A stretch of 63,960 bases of DNA, the filler included, from Candidatus Fermentibacterota bacterium (GTDB lineage: Bacteria > JAFGKV01): assembly GCA_016928395.1 (NCBI GenBank). It is 5 parts of 5 records of this genome, joined end to end, with 100 filler letters (N's around TTAATTAATTAA, not from the genome) between each part and the next. Parts side by side here need not be neighbours in the genome. Positions count along the whole stretch, not along the records: positions 20,986 to 42,253 come from JAFGKV010000127.1; positions 42,354 to 55,861 come from JAFGKV010000129.1; 3 more parts are not named here. One strand, given 5' to 3'. This document shows, piece after piece, positions 40,908 to 49,633 of the stretch. The notes beneath the pieces were generated by a model. That model searched no databases and was not told where the DNA came from. It was given only the letters and a program-made list of their open reading frames with translations. The number at the start of each line of letters is the position of its first letter. Position 1 is the first letter of the stretch. The translations under genes and the position numbers were made by a program.

Positions 40908-41867
40908 TCAGTTCGAGACAAGCCGCCACACTGTCAGGCAGAGCGGCAGGGTGAGGGAACAGAGAGCATAGGTCACCAGCATGATGCTGCCGATTTTGCG
41001 CTCGTCGCCGCCATAGGTGCGAACCTGGAGTATGATACCTGTGGCCGGTGCGGATGCGGCCTGGATTACGAAGAACTGTGCAAGGAGCTCATGCTGCTGC
41101 GCAAGCCCAATCCCACGCAGCACCACCATGACGATGGCGGGCAGGGCAGTGAGCTTGAGCGCCGATACCTGCAGCGCATCCCGGCCATGGTCCCTCAGGC
41201 AGCAGGGCACACCGCCTAGAATCGCACCGAGCGCAAAGGTGGCAACGGGCACGGTGGCCTGGCCCATCAGCGACACAGCATTGAGCACGACCGACGGCAT
41301 CCACCGTTCGCAGCCGACCATGGCGCCAGCAATGCCGACGAGGCTGGCCACCAAAGGCGGCGTCATGAGGCCTCTCCACCCTCGCTTCCCCTGGGATCGA
41401 TTCGTTGCCAGAAGCGGCCCCAGGCTCCACAACAGGGGGTTCACGCCGATTATGAACAGGAAGGTATAGAGCGCGAAAGTCTCGAACTGATCCGGAAACA
41501 GCCGCAAGCCCACGGGCAAGACCAGATAGCCGGCATTCTGCAGGCCGACCAGCGGAAGCAGATTGCGCGAAGACGAGAGCCGTCGGCCGAACGCGACTGC
41601 TGCCAAGCCTAGCCCGATCGCGGTTATGGCCACGGCAGAGAGGGGAAGCACCCACCAGAAGGAGAGGGCGTCGGGGTCGAACATGGTCACGAGATTGGAG
41701 AAGATGAGCGCAGGCAGAAACACGTTCACCGTGGCGGCAGTCAGCCCAGTGACGTGGGCCTGGGTGACGACATTTGTGCGGACAAGCACACCGGCCGCCG
41801 CCACCACCAAGAAAATGTCAAGGATGGCAGTAAAGGTACCCCAGAATGCGGGAAGGAATGCTGCCAT
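40908..41867 (-). CDS. AEC (auxin efflux carrier) family transporter
   Basis: VFLPALIF, NAGYLVLP, TVPVATFALG, KLTALP and AASAPA, about 10 TM helices. Confidence 0.9.
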   Translation of the reverse strand: MAAFLPAFWGTFTAILDIFLVVAAAGVLVRTNVVTQAHVTGLTAATVNVFLPALIFSNLVTMFDPDALSFWWVLPLSAVAITAIGLGLAAVAFGRRLSSSRNLLPLVGLQNAGYLVLPVGLRLFPDQFETFALYTFLFIIGVNPLLWSLGPLLATNRSQGKRGWRGLMTPPLVASLVGIAGAMVGCERWMPSVVLNAVSLMGQATVPVATFALGAILGGVPCCLRDHGRDALQVSALKLTALPAIVMVVLRGIGLAQQHELLAQFFVIQAASAPATGIILQVRTYGGDERKIGSIMLVTYALCSLTLPLCLTVWRLVSN

Positions 41868-42253
41868 GCCGGTGCCTCGAATTCCTTAGAGCTCAGGATC
41901 GATAGAGATTCCCGGTCGCCTGTCGAGCATGAAGGGCGAGGTGGTACGCAGATCGGCACCAATCAGGGGAGCCCACGCCAACAACGCAACCGCACCGTAC
42001 CGGCGAGCGAAGGGAGCCGCACGCGGGCCTCACGCAAAGCCGCCTCGAGAAGTGAGGAGTGAGGAGATGGGGCGGCAGGCTTCTGAGTGCGGAAGGTGGA
42101 ACTGAGAGCTACCCTGTAACTTCACGCGGCAACCTTAGAAGTTTCCCTATGTATGAGCAGGGCAACGCCCGGGGCCCCCACTAAGCTGTAACTTCACTCC
42201 ACGCGGCACCCATCACCCTCATCCCCCGCATCCGCGGGTGCGGGGTGAGGGCG

Positions 42254-42353
42254 NNNNNNNNNNNNNNNNNNNNNNNNNNNNNNNNNNNNNNNNNNNNTTA
42301 ATTAATTAANNNNNNNNNNNNNNNNNNNNNNNNNNNNNNNNNNNNNNNNNNNN
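42254..42353. other. Artificial contig spacer
   Basis: N-run with TTAATTAATTAA. Confidence 0.97.
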
Positions 42354-42622
42354 GGTATCGCTATCGAAATTCCACTCGACGAGCCTGACTGGTCGGGAGC
42401 GCGAGCTCAAGTATGAGCACGGCTTTGCATGTTCTCTCAACCAAGTGGGGGTCCCGGGCCCGCCCGGACGATACGTGGTGCAACTTCCGGTGCCGCGGCG
42501 GGAAGTTACAGTTCAGCCCGGCCTGGCGGCGAGCCCCTCCCTTTGGCAAAGGGAGGCCGGGAGGGATTTGGAACGAGGGCACGCTCGCCGTTCTCAGCCG
42601 CCTCTCAGCCCCGGGCGGCCTC

Positions 42623-43132
42623 TCAGTCGATCCGTTCGGGCCTTTCCCCCTGATCGGCCGCGGAGTCGCAAAGAAGGACCACAACCCAGGCCGCGAGGCC
42701 TTCTCCTCGACCAACTGGCCCCAGGCCTTCATTGCTGGTCGCCTTCACCGATACCGCGCCGTCCTCGATGTCCAAGGCTCCTGCCAGGGCCCGACGCATT
42801 GCCTGAACATATGGCCCGATGCGAGGCTCTTCCAGTATGACCATCACATCAAGGTTGACAACGGCATACCCGGCGAGAGACAACAGGTCTCGCACGTGTC
42901 GCAGCAGGGCCAGGCTGTTCGCCCCTGCCCAGGCCGGGTCCTCGGGAGGGAAGTGCGCGCCTATATCCCCCAGAGCAGCCGCACCCAGCAGGGCATCCGC
43001 GGCGGCATGACAGATCACATCGCCGTCGGAATGCGCCTGGGGACCGCGCGGCCAGGGAATGTGCACCCCTCCCAGCACCAGAGGCCGGCCTTCAATCAGC
43101 CGGTGTATGTCGTACCCACATCCAATCCGCAT
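42623..43132 (-). CDS. ispF: 2-C-methyl-D-erythritol 2,4-cyclodiphosphate synthase
   Basis: MRIGCGYDIH, HSDGDVICHA, LGDIGAHFP and VKATSNEGLG. Confidence 0.96.
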   Translation of the reverse strand: MRIGCGYDIHRLIEGRPLVLGGVHIPWPRGPQAHSDGDVICHAAADALLGAAALGDIGAHFPPEDPAWAGANSLALLRHVRDLLSLAGYAVVNLDVMVILEEPRIGPYVQAMRRALAGALDIEDGAVSVKATSNEGLGPVGRGEGLAAWVVVLLCDSAADQGERPERID

Positions 43133-43811
43133 GGTCGCTCCCTGTGTGAACAACCCACTGGGCCAGAGCCTCAGCCAGGACGAAATCGCCTTCGGTAGTC
43201 AGCTTGAACGCGAACGGGCTCCCCGGCACAAGTCGGGGCCTGATGCCGAGCAGTTCGGCTCCCTGGGCTTCATCGGTCAGTTCTCGATCCGGCAGTGCCG
43301 CCACGATCGCGGCCAGGACCTCACGACGGCAGGCCTGCGGGGTCTGCGCCACCATGAGACCTCGCCGGTCCACGGTGCCGGCCGCGTAGTGGCCTTCCTG
43401 CCGTTTGACCGTATCCGCCACGGGAAGAACGGGGAGCGCCATCCCGGTCTCCTCGCATGCGTCTGCTACCCGGCGGATCAGCGATGCAGCAAGGAAAGGC
43501 CGTGCGGCATCATGCACCAGAACCGTCGCCGCCTCCTCCGGCACCGCGGCCAAGCCACGGGCCACGGAGTCCCGCCGGAGAGGCCCACCCGCGACCACAC
43601 GTATCCGAGCAAGCTCGGCGCACTCGCTCCGCACCATGGTCACGGAGTCTTCTGGGACCACCAGCGTCACGCCTCCCCAGGCATGAAGAGCCCGCATGCT
43701 CCATCGGTAGAGCGGCATCCCGCCCAACAGCCTGAATTGCTTGGGTACGGCGCCGCCCATGCGCGACGAAGCGCCGGCCGCCACGACGATGGCCCACCTG
43801 TCACCCCTCAT
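43092..43811 (-). CDS. ispD: 2-C-methyl-D-erythritol 4-phosphate cytidylyltransferase
   Basis: VAAGASSRMG, PKQF, VLVHDAARP, DTVK, QTPQ and TDEA. Confidence 0.95.
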   Translation of the reverse strand: MRGDRWAIVVAAGASSRMGGAVPKQFRLLGGMPLYRWSMRALHAWGGVTLVVPEDSVTMVRSECAELARIRVVAGGPLRRDSVARGLAAVPEEAATVLVHDAARPFLAASLIRRVADACEETGMALPVLPVADTVKRQEGHYAAGTVDRRGLMVAQTPQACRREVLAAIVAALPDRELTDEAQGAELLGIRPRLVPGSPFAFKLTTEGDFVLAEALAQWVVHTGSDHADWMWVRHTPAD

Positions 43812-45177
43812 AGTGTGTCAACGCCGCGAGATTGGCCCCTACCGCCAGGGCAAGCCCCGAGAGAAGCACAAACCACCGCCGCCGCCATCCCACGATGGCG
43901 ATCCATCCAAGATGGATGAAGAACACCAAGGCCGGCGCGCAGGGCAGAAGAAACCGGCCCTGGGGTTGCGGAAAGTCCAGATTGTACCGGTATACTCCTG
44001 CAAGCAGAAGCAAAAACGCCAAACCCAGCAAAGCGATCTCCCGGCGTGCAGAGGCGTTGGGTCGCCACCGGATCGGCCCCATGCCGGCAATGAGGAGCCC
44101 GGCTACCACACAGAGCAGGGCCAGCTTGACCGGCACGCCACCGACCGCGGGCATCCTGGCACTGAACCAAGGCACGGCCAGAGGCCAGCCCAGAAAGGAT
44201 ACTATCGCGCCGCCAAAGACTGCGCCGGCCCAACGGCCAAGCCGGCCGTCCCAGCGAGAACTGACCAGCCCCGCGGCGCCGACGCCGGCAACCATGGTGA
44301 CAAGGATGTAGACCGATGGGCCCGCGGTCTGCCGCGCCGAGGGGCCGAAGGCCGCCCACAGCGATCGCCATAGTTCCACAGTGACGGCATACAGGTATTC
44401 GGGCGATACCCGCTCTCGTCGCACCAGCGTTGGTGACGCCGCCATCTGCTGGCTCCACCCAAAAACGTCACCGTAGAGGAGCCAATTGCGCCAGAACCAC
44501 CATCCCGCCACCACCGCGACGACCAGCAAGAGCTTGCCTGTCAAGGCCAGACACCTCGACGGGCTCAGCCTCCGCTCCGTCACCAGGCGAACCCAGGCCA
44601 GCACGGTGTAGGGCAGAAGGAAGAGAGCGGAGAACTTCGACAGGATGGCACCGCCGACCAATGCCGCGGCACCCACGCCTCGACGCCCGTCCCATCGCGT
44701 GGGGTCCACGCCGACAAAGAGCGCCAGGGCCACAAGAAGCTGCACCAGCGCGCCGTTGTTCACCGAGACGGAGAGAAAGGAGAACATGGGTAGAAGGCCT
44801 GCCGAGGCTGCCATCACCGCCGAGGACACGGGCGCACCCGGCAAGAGCCTTCGCGCAATGCCATAGTATGCCACCACGCTGCCCACAGCCATGAGTAGAG
44901 AGAGCCACCGCAATGACCAGTCAACACCCACCGCCGCGGATGCTACCGCGGCGACGGTATAGTACAAGGGCGGCTGATGGCCTTCCGACCACCCGCCGCC
45001 ATGGGTGAACCGCAGAGCGGGGAACTGCCGATCGGTCGCCAGGGCCCGCACATACTCGAGATGGGCCTCCTCATCGGGACCGTGGGCCGGAGGGAGCGCA
45101 TGGAGCCAGAGGACGCCGGCCGCCAGAGGAATCGCCATTACACCGATGATCAGAGCTCTGGTTCGCGCAGGAGTCAT
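43801..45177 (-). CDS. GT-C-like membrane glycosyltransferase (DUF2142/GT39-like)
   Basis: GPDEEAH, HQPPLYY, SVNNG, LSK, WFWRNWLLYGD and QGRFLLP. Confidence 0.75.
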   Translation of the reverse strand: MTPARTRALIIGVMAIPLAAGVLWLHALPPAHGPDEEAHLEYVRALATDRQFPALRFTHGGGWSEGHQPPLYYTVAAVASAAVGVDWSLRWLSLLMAVGSVVAYYGIARRLLPGAPVSSAVMAASAGLLPMFSFLSVSVNNGALVQLLVALALFVGVDPTRWDGRRGVGAAALVGGAILSKFSALFLLPYTVLAWVRLVTERRLSPSRCLALTGKLLLVVAVVAGWWFWRNWLLYGDVFGWSQQMAASPTLVRRERVSPEYLYAVTVELWRSLWAAFGPSARQTAGPSVYILVTMVAGVGAAGLVSSRWDGRLGRWAGAVFGGAIVSFLGWPLAVPWFSARMPAVGGVPVKLALLCVVAGLLIAGMGPIRWRPNASARREIALLGLAFLLLLAGVYRYNLDFPQPQGRFLLPCAPALVFFIHLGWIAIVGWRRRWFVLLSGLALAVGANLAALTHYEG

Positions 45178-46421
45178 CGGGCATCATCCTCAGAAAAGGG
45201 ACGATCGTTCCGGGCCATCCACGCCAAGTGCAGGAGAATCGCCGATATCAGGGTGCGAAACGTACCCACGGCAACTCCTCCCAAACGAACCCGGTCCAAC
45301 AATTCCATGGGGTGGGGCCAGGTCTCGAAGGAATGGGGTGCCAGAGGGGCAAAGAGCAGCACCGACGCCTCCCGGGGGAACTGAAAGGTGTAGACCACCA
45401 TGGCGATGCCCATCAGCGCGGTGAGAATCCCCACTCTGGGCCGAACGCTGTGCTGAATGGCCAGCAGCGGCACGAGCCACGCGAGCCACTGGGGATGGAA
45501 GTAGGTAAGGGCGAACATTGTGTACATCACCGAGGCGCTCCATCGCCAGATCTCGTCTATCCCCGCTGGACGGGCGGCCTGGGCAATGGCTAGATAGATC
45601 AGAAACAACGCCAGAGGAAAGAGGTAGATCACGTCTGACTGTAAGAGCGGCACATAGGCGGCGAAAAGGAAAACCCGATGGGGCATGGTGAGGATGCTCG
45701 CCAATTCTGCGCTGTCGCGGAAGGCTGGCAGCGAGGAGGAAACCGCAAGCTGCACGGCAAGAACGAGCAGAAGCGGAACCACCAGCCCCGCGGTCATGAC
45801 CAGTCGTTCCCGGCCCGAACGCGGCGCCAGCCACCAGAACAAAGGCAGCAGCAAGGCAGCGTAGAACCGCATGAGCACGGCGCCCATCAAGGCCAGGAAG
45901 CCGGCAAGAGGCCGGCGGCGATACAGCGCCACCAGCGACAGCACCACGAACAGCACCGGGAAGCTCTCGTAGCGCCCATAGAGGTGAATCCCGTAGAGGA
46001 GAAAGGGATTCCAGAGCCAGTAGGCCCGCACTGCGGTCCGGCGGTGCTCGGGAATGATGGAGAGCAACAGGGCTAGCGCGCCCAACTCGGCGGCCAGATA
46101 GGGCAGTTTCAGCAGGATCAGGATTCCTGGCGCCCACGGGTGCTGGGCTAATGCCCGCCACCCGGTAGCATCGTCGAAGGGGTGAAGCCAGATGCCATGA
46201 GGGATCAGTGAAAAGAGGCGCAGGAGAGCCAACCACCCGGCGTGGACGAGGTGGACCAGCAGCTGATTGTGCTCTATGGCGGTGCCGTGATAGGCCAGGA
46301 GGTGTGACCTCCAGTACACGGAGTAGAGATCCCCGTGGAAACCCGCTCCCATGAGGGCAAACCGCAGCAGAATCGCCGGGACCACGAGCAAGATCTGACG
46401 CGTCCCAATCCTCTTCACCAT
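45174..46421 (-). CDS. GT-C-like membrane protein (GT87/PIG-M-like)
   Basis: HGDL loop, LKLPY, LWNPF...YGRYES and HPQWLAW. ATG 46421 overlaps the upstream stop. Confidence 0.65.
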   Translation of the reverse strand: MVKRIGTRQILLVVPAILLRFALMGAGFHGDLYSVYWRSHLLAYHGTAIEHNQLLVHLVHAGWLALLRLFSLIPHGIWLHPFDDATGWRALAQHPWAPGILILLKLPYLAAELGALALLLSIIPEHRRTAVRAYWLWNPFLLYGIHLYGRYESFPVLFVVLSLVALYRRRPLAGFLALMGAVLMRFYAALLLPLFWWLAPRSGRERLVMTAGLVVPLLLVLAVQLAVSSSLPAFRDSAELASILTMPHRVFLFAAYVPLLQSDVIYLFPLALFLIYLAIAQAARPAGIDEIWRWSASVMYTMFALTYFHPQWLAWLVPLLAIQHSVRPRVGILTALMGIAMVVYTFQFPREASVLLFAPLAPHSFETWPHPMELLDRVRLGGVAVGTFRTLISAILLHLAWMARNDRPFSEDDAR

Positions 46422-48013
46422 ACTGTGCTCGGCGTAAGGGAATCGAAGTTCATCCACAGATGCACGATCCGAGCCCCATTGTACGCGGTGGCGGCCAGGA
46501 CCACCAGTCCCACGATCCGGCGCCACCGGGGATACCGATCCGCCAGAAGCTGCGCGGTGACCACCATGGGCACGATGGTCAGCATGAGATGCTTGGTCTG
46601 ACGCCAGTCTGTGACGGATCCCAGCAGCCAGCCCGCCAGCGCCCAAAGCGAAAGGAAGCGAATGGAGCCTGGCTGGGTCAACCCCCATAAGACCCCCGCA
46701 ACTCCCAAGGCCAGGAGGGGAGGGCTGAGATTGCGGGCCCACTCCAGCCACAGGCCGCCTACGCCGGGATACCAACCCGGTCCATGCGTACCCATATTCA
46801 TATCCTGGAGCAGAAACCTGTCGCGAAAATCATAGTAGAAGTGATCCTTGAGAAACGTCGACCACTCGACGGAGGCGCCATAGCCCCACCACAGGGCCGT
46901 GCCCGCGGCCACACCCCACAGCCATGGATCCCGGATCACTCGGCGGATACCCTCGACGCCTCCGGGCGCGAGGCGCCAGAGGCCATAAGCTGCCGGGACG
47001 AAGAGCATCTTCTGGTTCAGAAGGCCCAAGACGGCGCCGGCCATGAACCGGGGCCACCGAGCAGCCGGTCCCAGCGCCAGCAGGGCGCCTAAAGCCAAAA
47101 CCGCAGTGCTGGGCGTGGTGAAGCCGGCATAGCCCATGCGCACAAACACTTCGGGAATCAAGAGATACGCGACTCCCGTCACCAGGGCCGTGGCGGGGGC
47201 GCCCCCTAGTAGCAGCGCGAGATCGGCAAGGAGCAGCGGGACAAGTGCTGCGTAGAATGTGGTGAGGGTCCGCGCGGCGAGGACGAGTTCGTGATTCAGC
47301 TCGAAGGCCTCAATGTCTTTCTGCCGGAACCGTGTGGTTGCCCAGGGCGCCTCATCCAGAAGCTGCACGATCCGGCCGCTCTGCCAGTAGAACTCCGCCT
47401 GCTGGAGCCGGTCGACCAGAAGCAGAGCGGCGCCGGCCTGAAGGTGCAGCAGAGGAGGTTTGGAGAAGATGTACGCGAAGTGAGTCTCGGTGCCGTAGGG
47501 CTTGCCGTGCTGGAGATAGCCGTAGGCCGGGTTGGCGATGACCATGTCCTGATCTTGCTGCGGCGGCACGACCCACGAGGACGAGCAGAAGGCAAGAAGC
47601 CAGGCAGAGATGAAAAGCAGCTTCTTCCAGCCCGCCCACCGTGCCAGGGCCGGGCGGAGACGGCCCGCAAGCTTCAGCAGAGCGCGAGGCCTCAGGAGCC
47701 ACGCCACGGTAAGCAGCACCCAGTAGAACGCCCATCCGTGCCACGGAGCCAGGCGAATGCCGGCCACACGGGAAAGGAGAAGCCCGGCCATAAGGGCTCC
47801 CGCACTGGTTCCAAAGACCATTGCCCAGTAGGCCCATCCAAAGCCACTCCGAGGTGGGACGAACAGCATTCCCGGGAACACAACGATGACGAACGGAATC
47901 AAAAGGGCGGCCGCGGCGCCGAACGGTGCGACGACGGCGCACAGATGAGCGGCGACCAGCGGCGCGCAGGTAATGGCAGCAGCGCGAAGGGGCAGCATGA
48001 TTCCGGGGATCAA
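46415..48013 (-). CDS. GT-C-like polytopic membrane protein
   Basis: Many TM helices, acidic loop QDQD followed by KPPL (ArnT-like). TTG start overlaps the ftsY stop. Confidence 0.6.
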   Translation of the reverse strand: MIPGIMLPLRAAAITCAPLVAAHLCAVVAPFGAAAALLIPFVIVVFPGMLFVPPRSGFGWAYWAMVFGTSAGALMAGLLLSRVAGIRLAPWHGWAFYWVLLTVAWLLRPRALLKLAGRLRPALARWAGWKKLLFISAWLLAFCSSSWVVPPQQDQDMVIANPAYGYLQHGKPYGTETHFAYIFSKPPLLHLQAGAALLLVDRLQQAEFYWQSGRIVQLLDEAPWATTRFRQKDIEAFELNHELVLAARTLTTFYAALVPLLLADLALLLGGAPATALVTGVAYLLIPEVFVRMGYAGFTTPSTAVLALGALLALGPAARWPRFMAGAVLGLLNQKMLFVPAAYGLWRLAPGGVEGIRRVIRDPWLWGVAAGTALWWGYGASVEWSTFLKDHFYYDFRDRFLLQDMNMGTHGPGWYPGVGGLWLEWARNLSPPLLALGVAGVLWGLTQPGSIRFLSLWALAGWLLGSVTDWRQTKHLMLTIVPMVVTAQLLADRYPRWRRIVGLVVLAATAYNGARIVHLWMNFDSLTPSTVW

Positions 48014-48951
48014 TCGGCAGAGAGCAATGCGTCGACGAAGGCGCCGGCCTCAAAGGGTTCCAGATCGTCAAGGCCCTCACCGACGCCCAGCCATCGAACC
48101 GGCAGCCCCAGTTCCCGGGCCAATGGCAGCACGACGCCTCCCTTGGCGGTACCGTCCAGCTTGGAAACCACGATACCGGTGATGCCCAGGCTTTGATGAA
48201 ACTGCCGGGCCTGGGCTATCGCGTTCTGCCCCATGGTCGCGTCGACCACCAGCAAGACCTCGTGGGGCGCACCCTCATGGGCCTTGCCCACGACCCGTTG
48301 GATCTTCAAGAGCTCCTGCATGAGGTTGACCTTGGTGTGGAGCCGCCCCGCTGTGTCGAGGATAACCACATCATTGCCCCGGGAACGGCCTGCCGCCACT
48401 GCATCGAAGGCGACACTGGCAGGATCCGCGCCGGACTTCTGCGCCAGGAGATCAGCCCCGACCCGGTCAGCCCAGATGGCCAGTTGTTCCACCGCCGCGG
48501 CACGAAATGTGTCTGCTGCCCCCAGGAGCACCCGGCGGCCCGCCTGGACGTGACGATAGGCGAGCTTGCCGATGGTCGTGGTCTTGCCCCCGCCATTGAC
48601 CCCGATCACCAAGACGACCTCTGGGGGAATGGGCGGCAGAATGGCGGCCTCTGCGGGGGGCACGGCCGACAGCATGCGAACCATACTAGCTCTGACGATC
48701 CCTAATACGTCGTCCCACGTGGCGCCGGGATGCACAGCGAAGTATGCGCTTACGTCGTCACGGATGATACCTGCGGTCTGGATGCCGACATCTGCCTGAA
48801 TGAGCAGTTCTTCAAGTTCATCCAGCAGTTCCTGGCGATTCTCGGCACTGGAGGATCGCAGAAGCTGGAGCCCTTGCCCCAGGACATTGCGGGTCTTGGC
48901 CAGCCCGGCCTTGAGACGGGTGAATGCTTTCATACGCATGAGCCTCAGCAT
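48010..48951 (-). CDS. ftsY: Signal recognition particle receptor FtsY
   Basis: GVNGGGKTTTIGKLA, DTFRAAA, DTAGRLH, KLDGTAKGG and GVGE. Confidence 0.97.
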   Translation of the reverse strand: MLRLMRMKAFTRLKAGLAKTRNVLGQGLQLLRSSSAENRQELLDELEELLIQADVGIQTAGIIRDDVSAYFAVHPGATWDDVLGIVRASMVRMLSAVPPAEAAILPPIPPEVVLVIGVNGGGKTTTIGKLAYRHVQAGRRVLLGAADTFRAAAVEQLAIWADRVGADLLAQKSGADPASVAFDAVAAGRSRGNDVVILDTAGRLHTKVNLMQELLKIQRVVGKAHEGAPHEVLLVVDATMGQNAIAQARQFHQSLGITGIVVSKLDGTAKGGVVLPLARELGLPVRWLGVGEGLDDLEPFEAGAFVDALLSAD

Positions 48952-49633
48952 GGGTGTGAGCGAGCAAACTCATACAAAGTGCTCGGGAGCGCAAATGTGG
49001 CGACGTCGCAGGAGCGACGTCGCGGGATAGGAGGAGGGGTGCCAGACCGGGGAAGCGCGCATCCACTATTCAAGCCCGGGCTGCCGATCTACGCCAGGAA
49101 ATCACTACCGACGCCACCCGAGCAGCTCGCACGAAGATCGTCCTCACCGCGACAGCGCCAATGTCCTCACTCTGGATGTGGGTGATGATTCTGTCGGCAC
49201 TGCCCGAAGAGCGCCAGATCACTACGTACGCTAGTTCATAAGTACGGTAACGTATCGAGATCGATGGGGCGACCGGGCAACACGGCGCGAGGAGGGCAGA
49301 TATCCGCTGGGATATCCAACCGATCGAGCAACACAGCTGCACGGGATACAGCGGCGATCGAATGTGGCGTATGTGTGAATCAGTGTGCTTAGGCAAAGGC
49401 ACACAAGACTCTGGTCATGCGAGCGTAGGGGCGTTTCGCTGCAGGATATGTCGGGTGGCTTCTCTGCAACGCCGTTAGGGTGTCTGACCGTTTGACCGAA
49501 CCTGATCAGATCGGTGTGCCTCTGGCAGGCAGGGAGGTTCACATTGCGGGAGAGCAAAATGGCAGCCCCAGCCTCGCCGAGGATCAGCACCCACACTCTG
49601 GCGGCGCCTTTCAGAGCCGGGAGACCAGCCCCT

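Noticed and set aside
43092-43132. ispD/ispF 41-nt overlap as a frameshifted IspDF fusion
   Set aside because: ispF has its own GGGAG RBS and ATG, and both proteins look complete.
49030-49070. GCCAGACCGGGGAAGCGC upstream of ftsY as a possible SRP RNA
   Set aside because: Lacks the CAGG-GNRA-AGCAG domain IV pattern and a long enclosing stem.
49070-49600. ORFs of 110 and 121 aa between ftsY and the exported protein
   Set aside because: No recognisable motifs or RBS and atypical composition; treated as non-coding.
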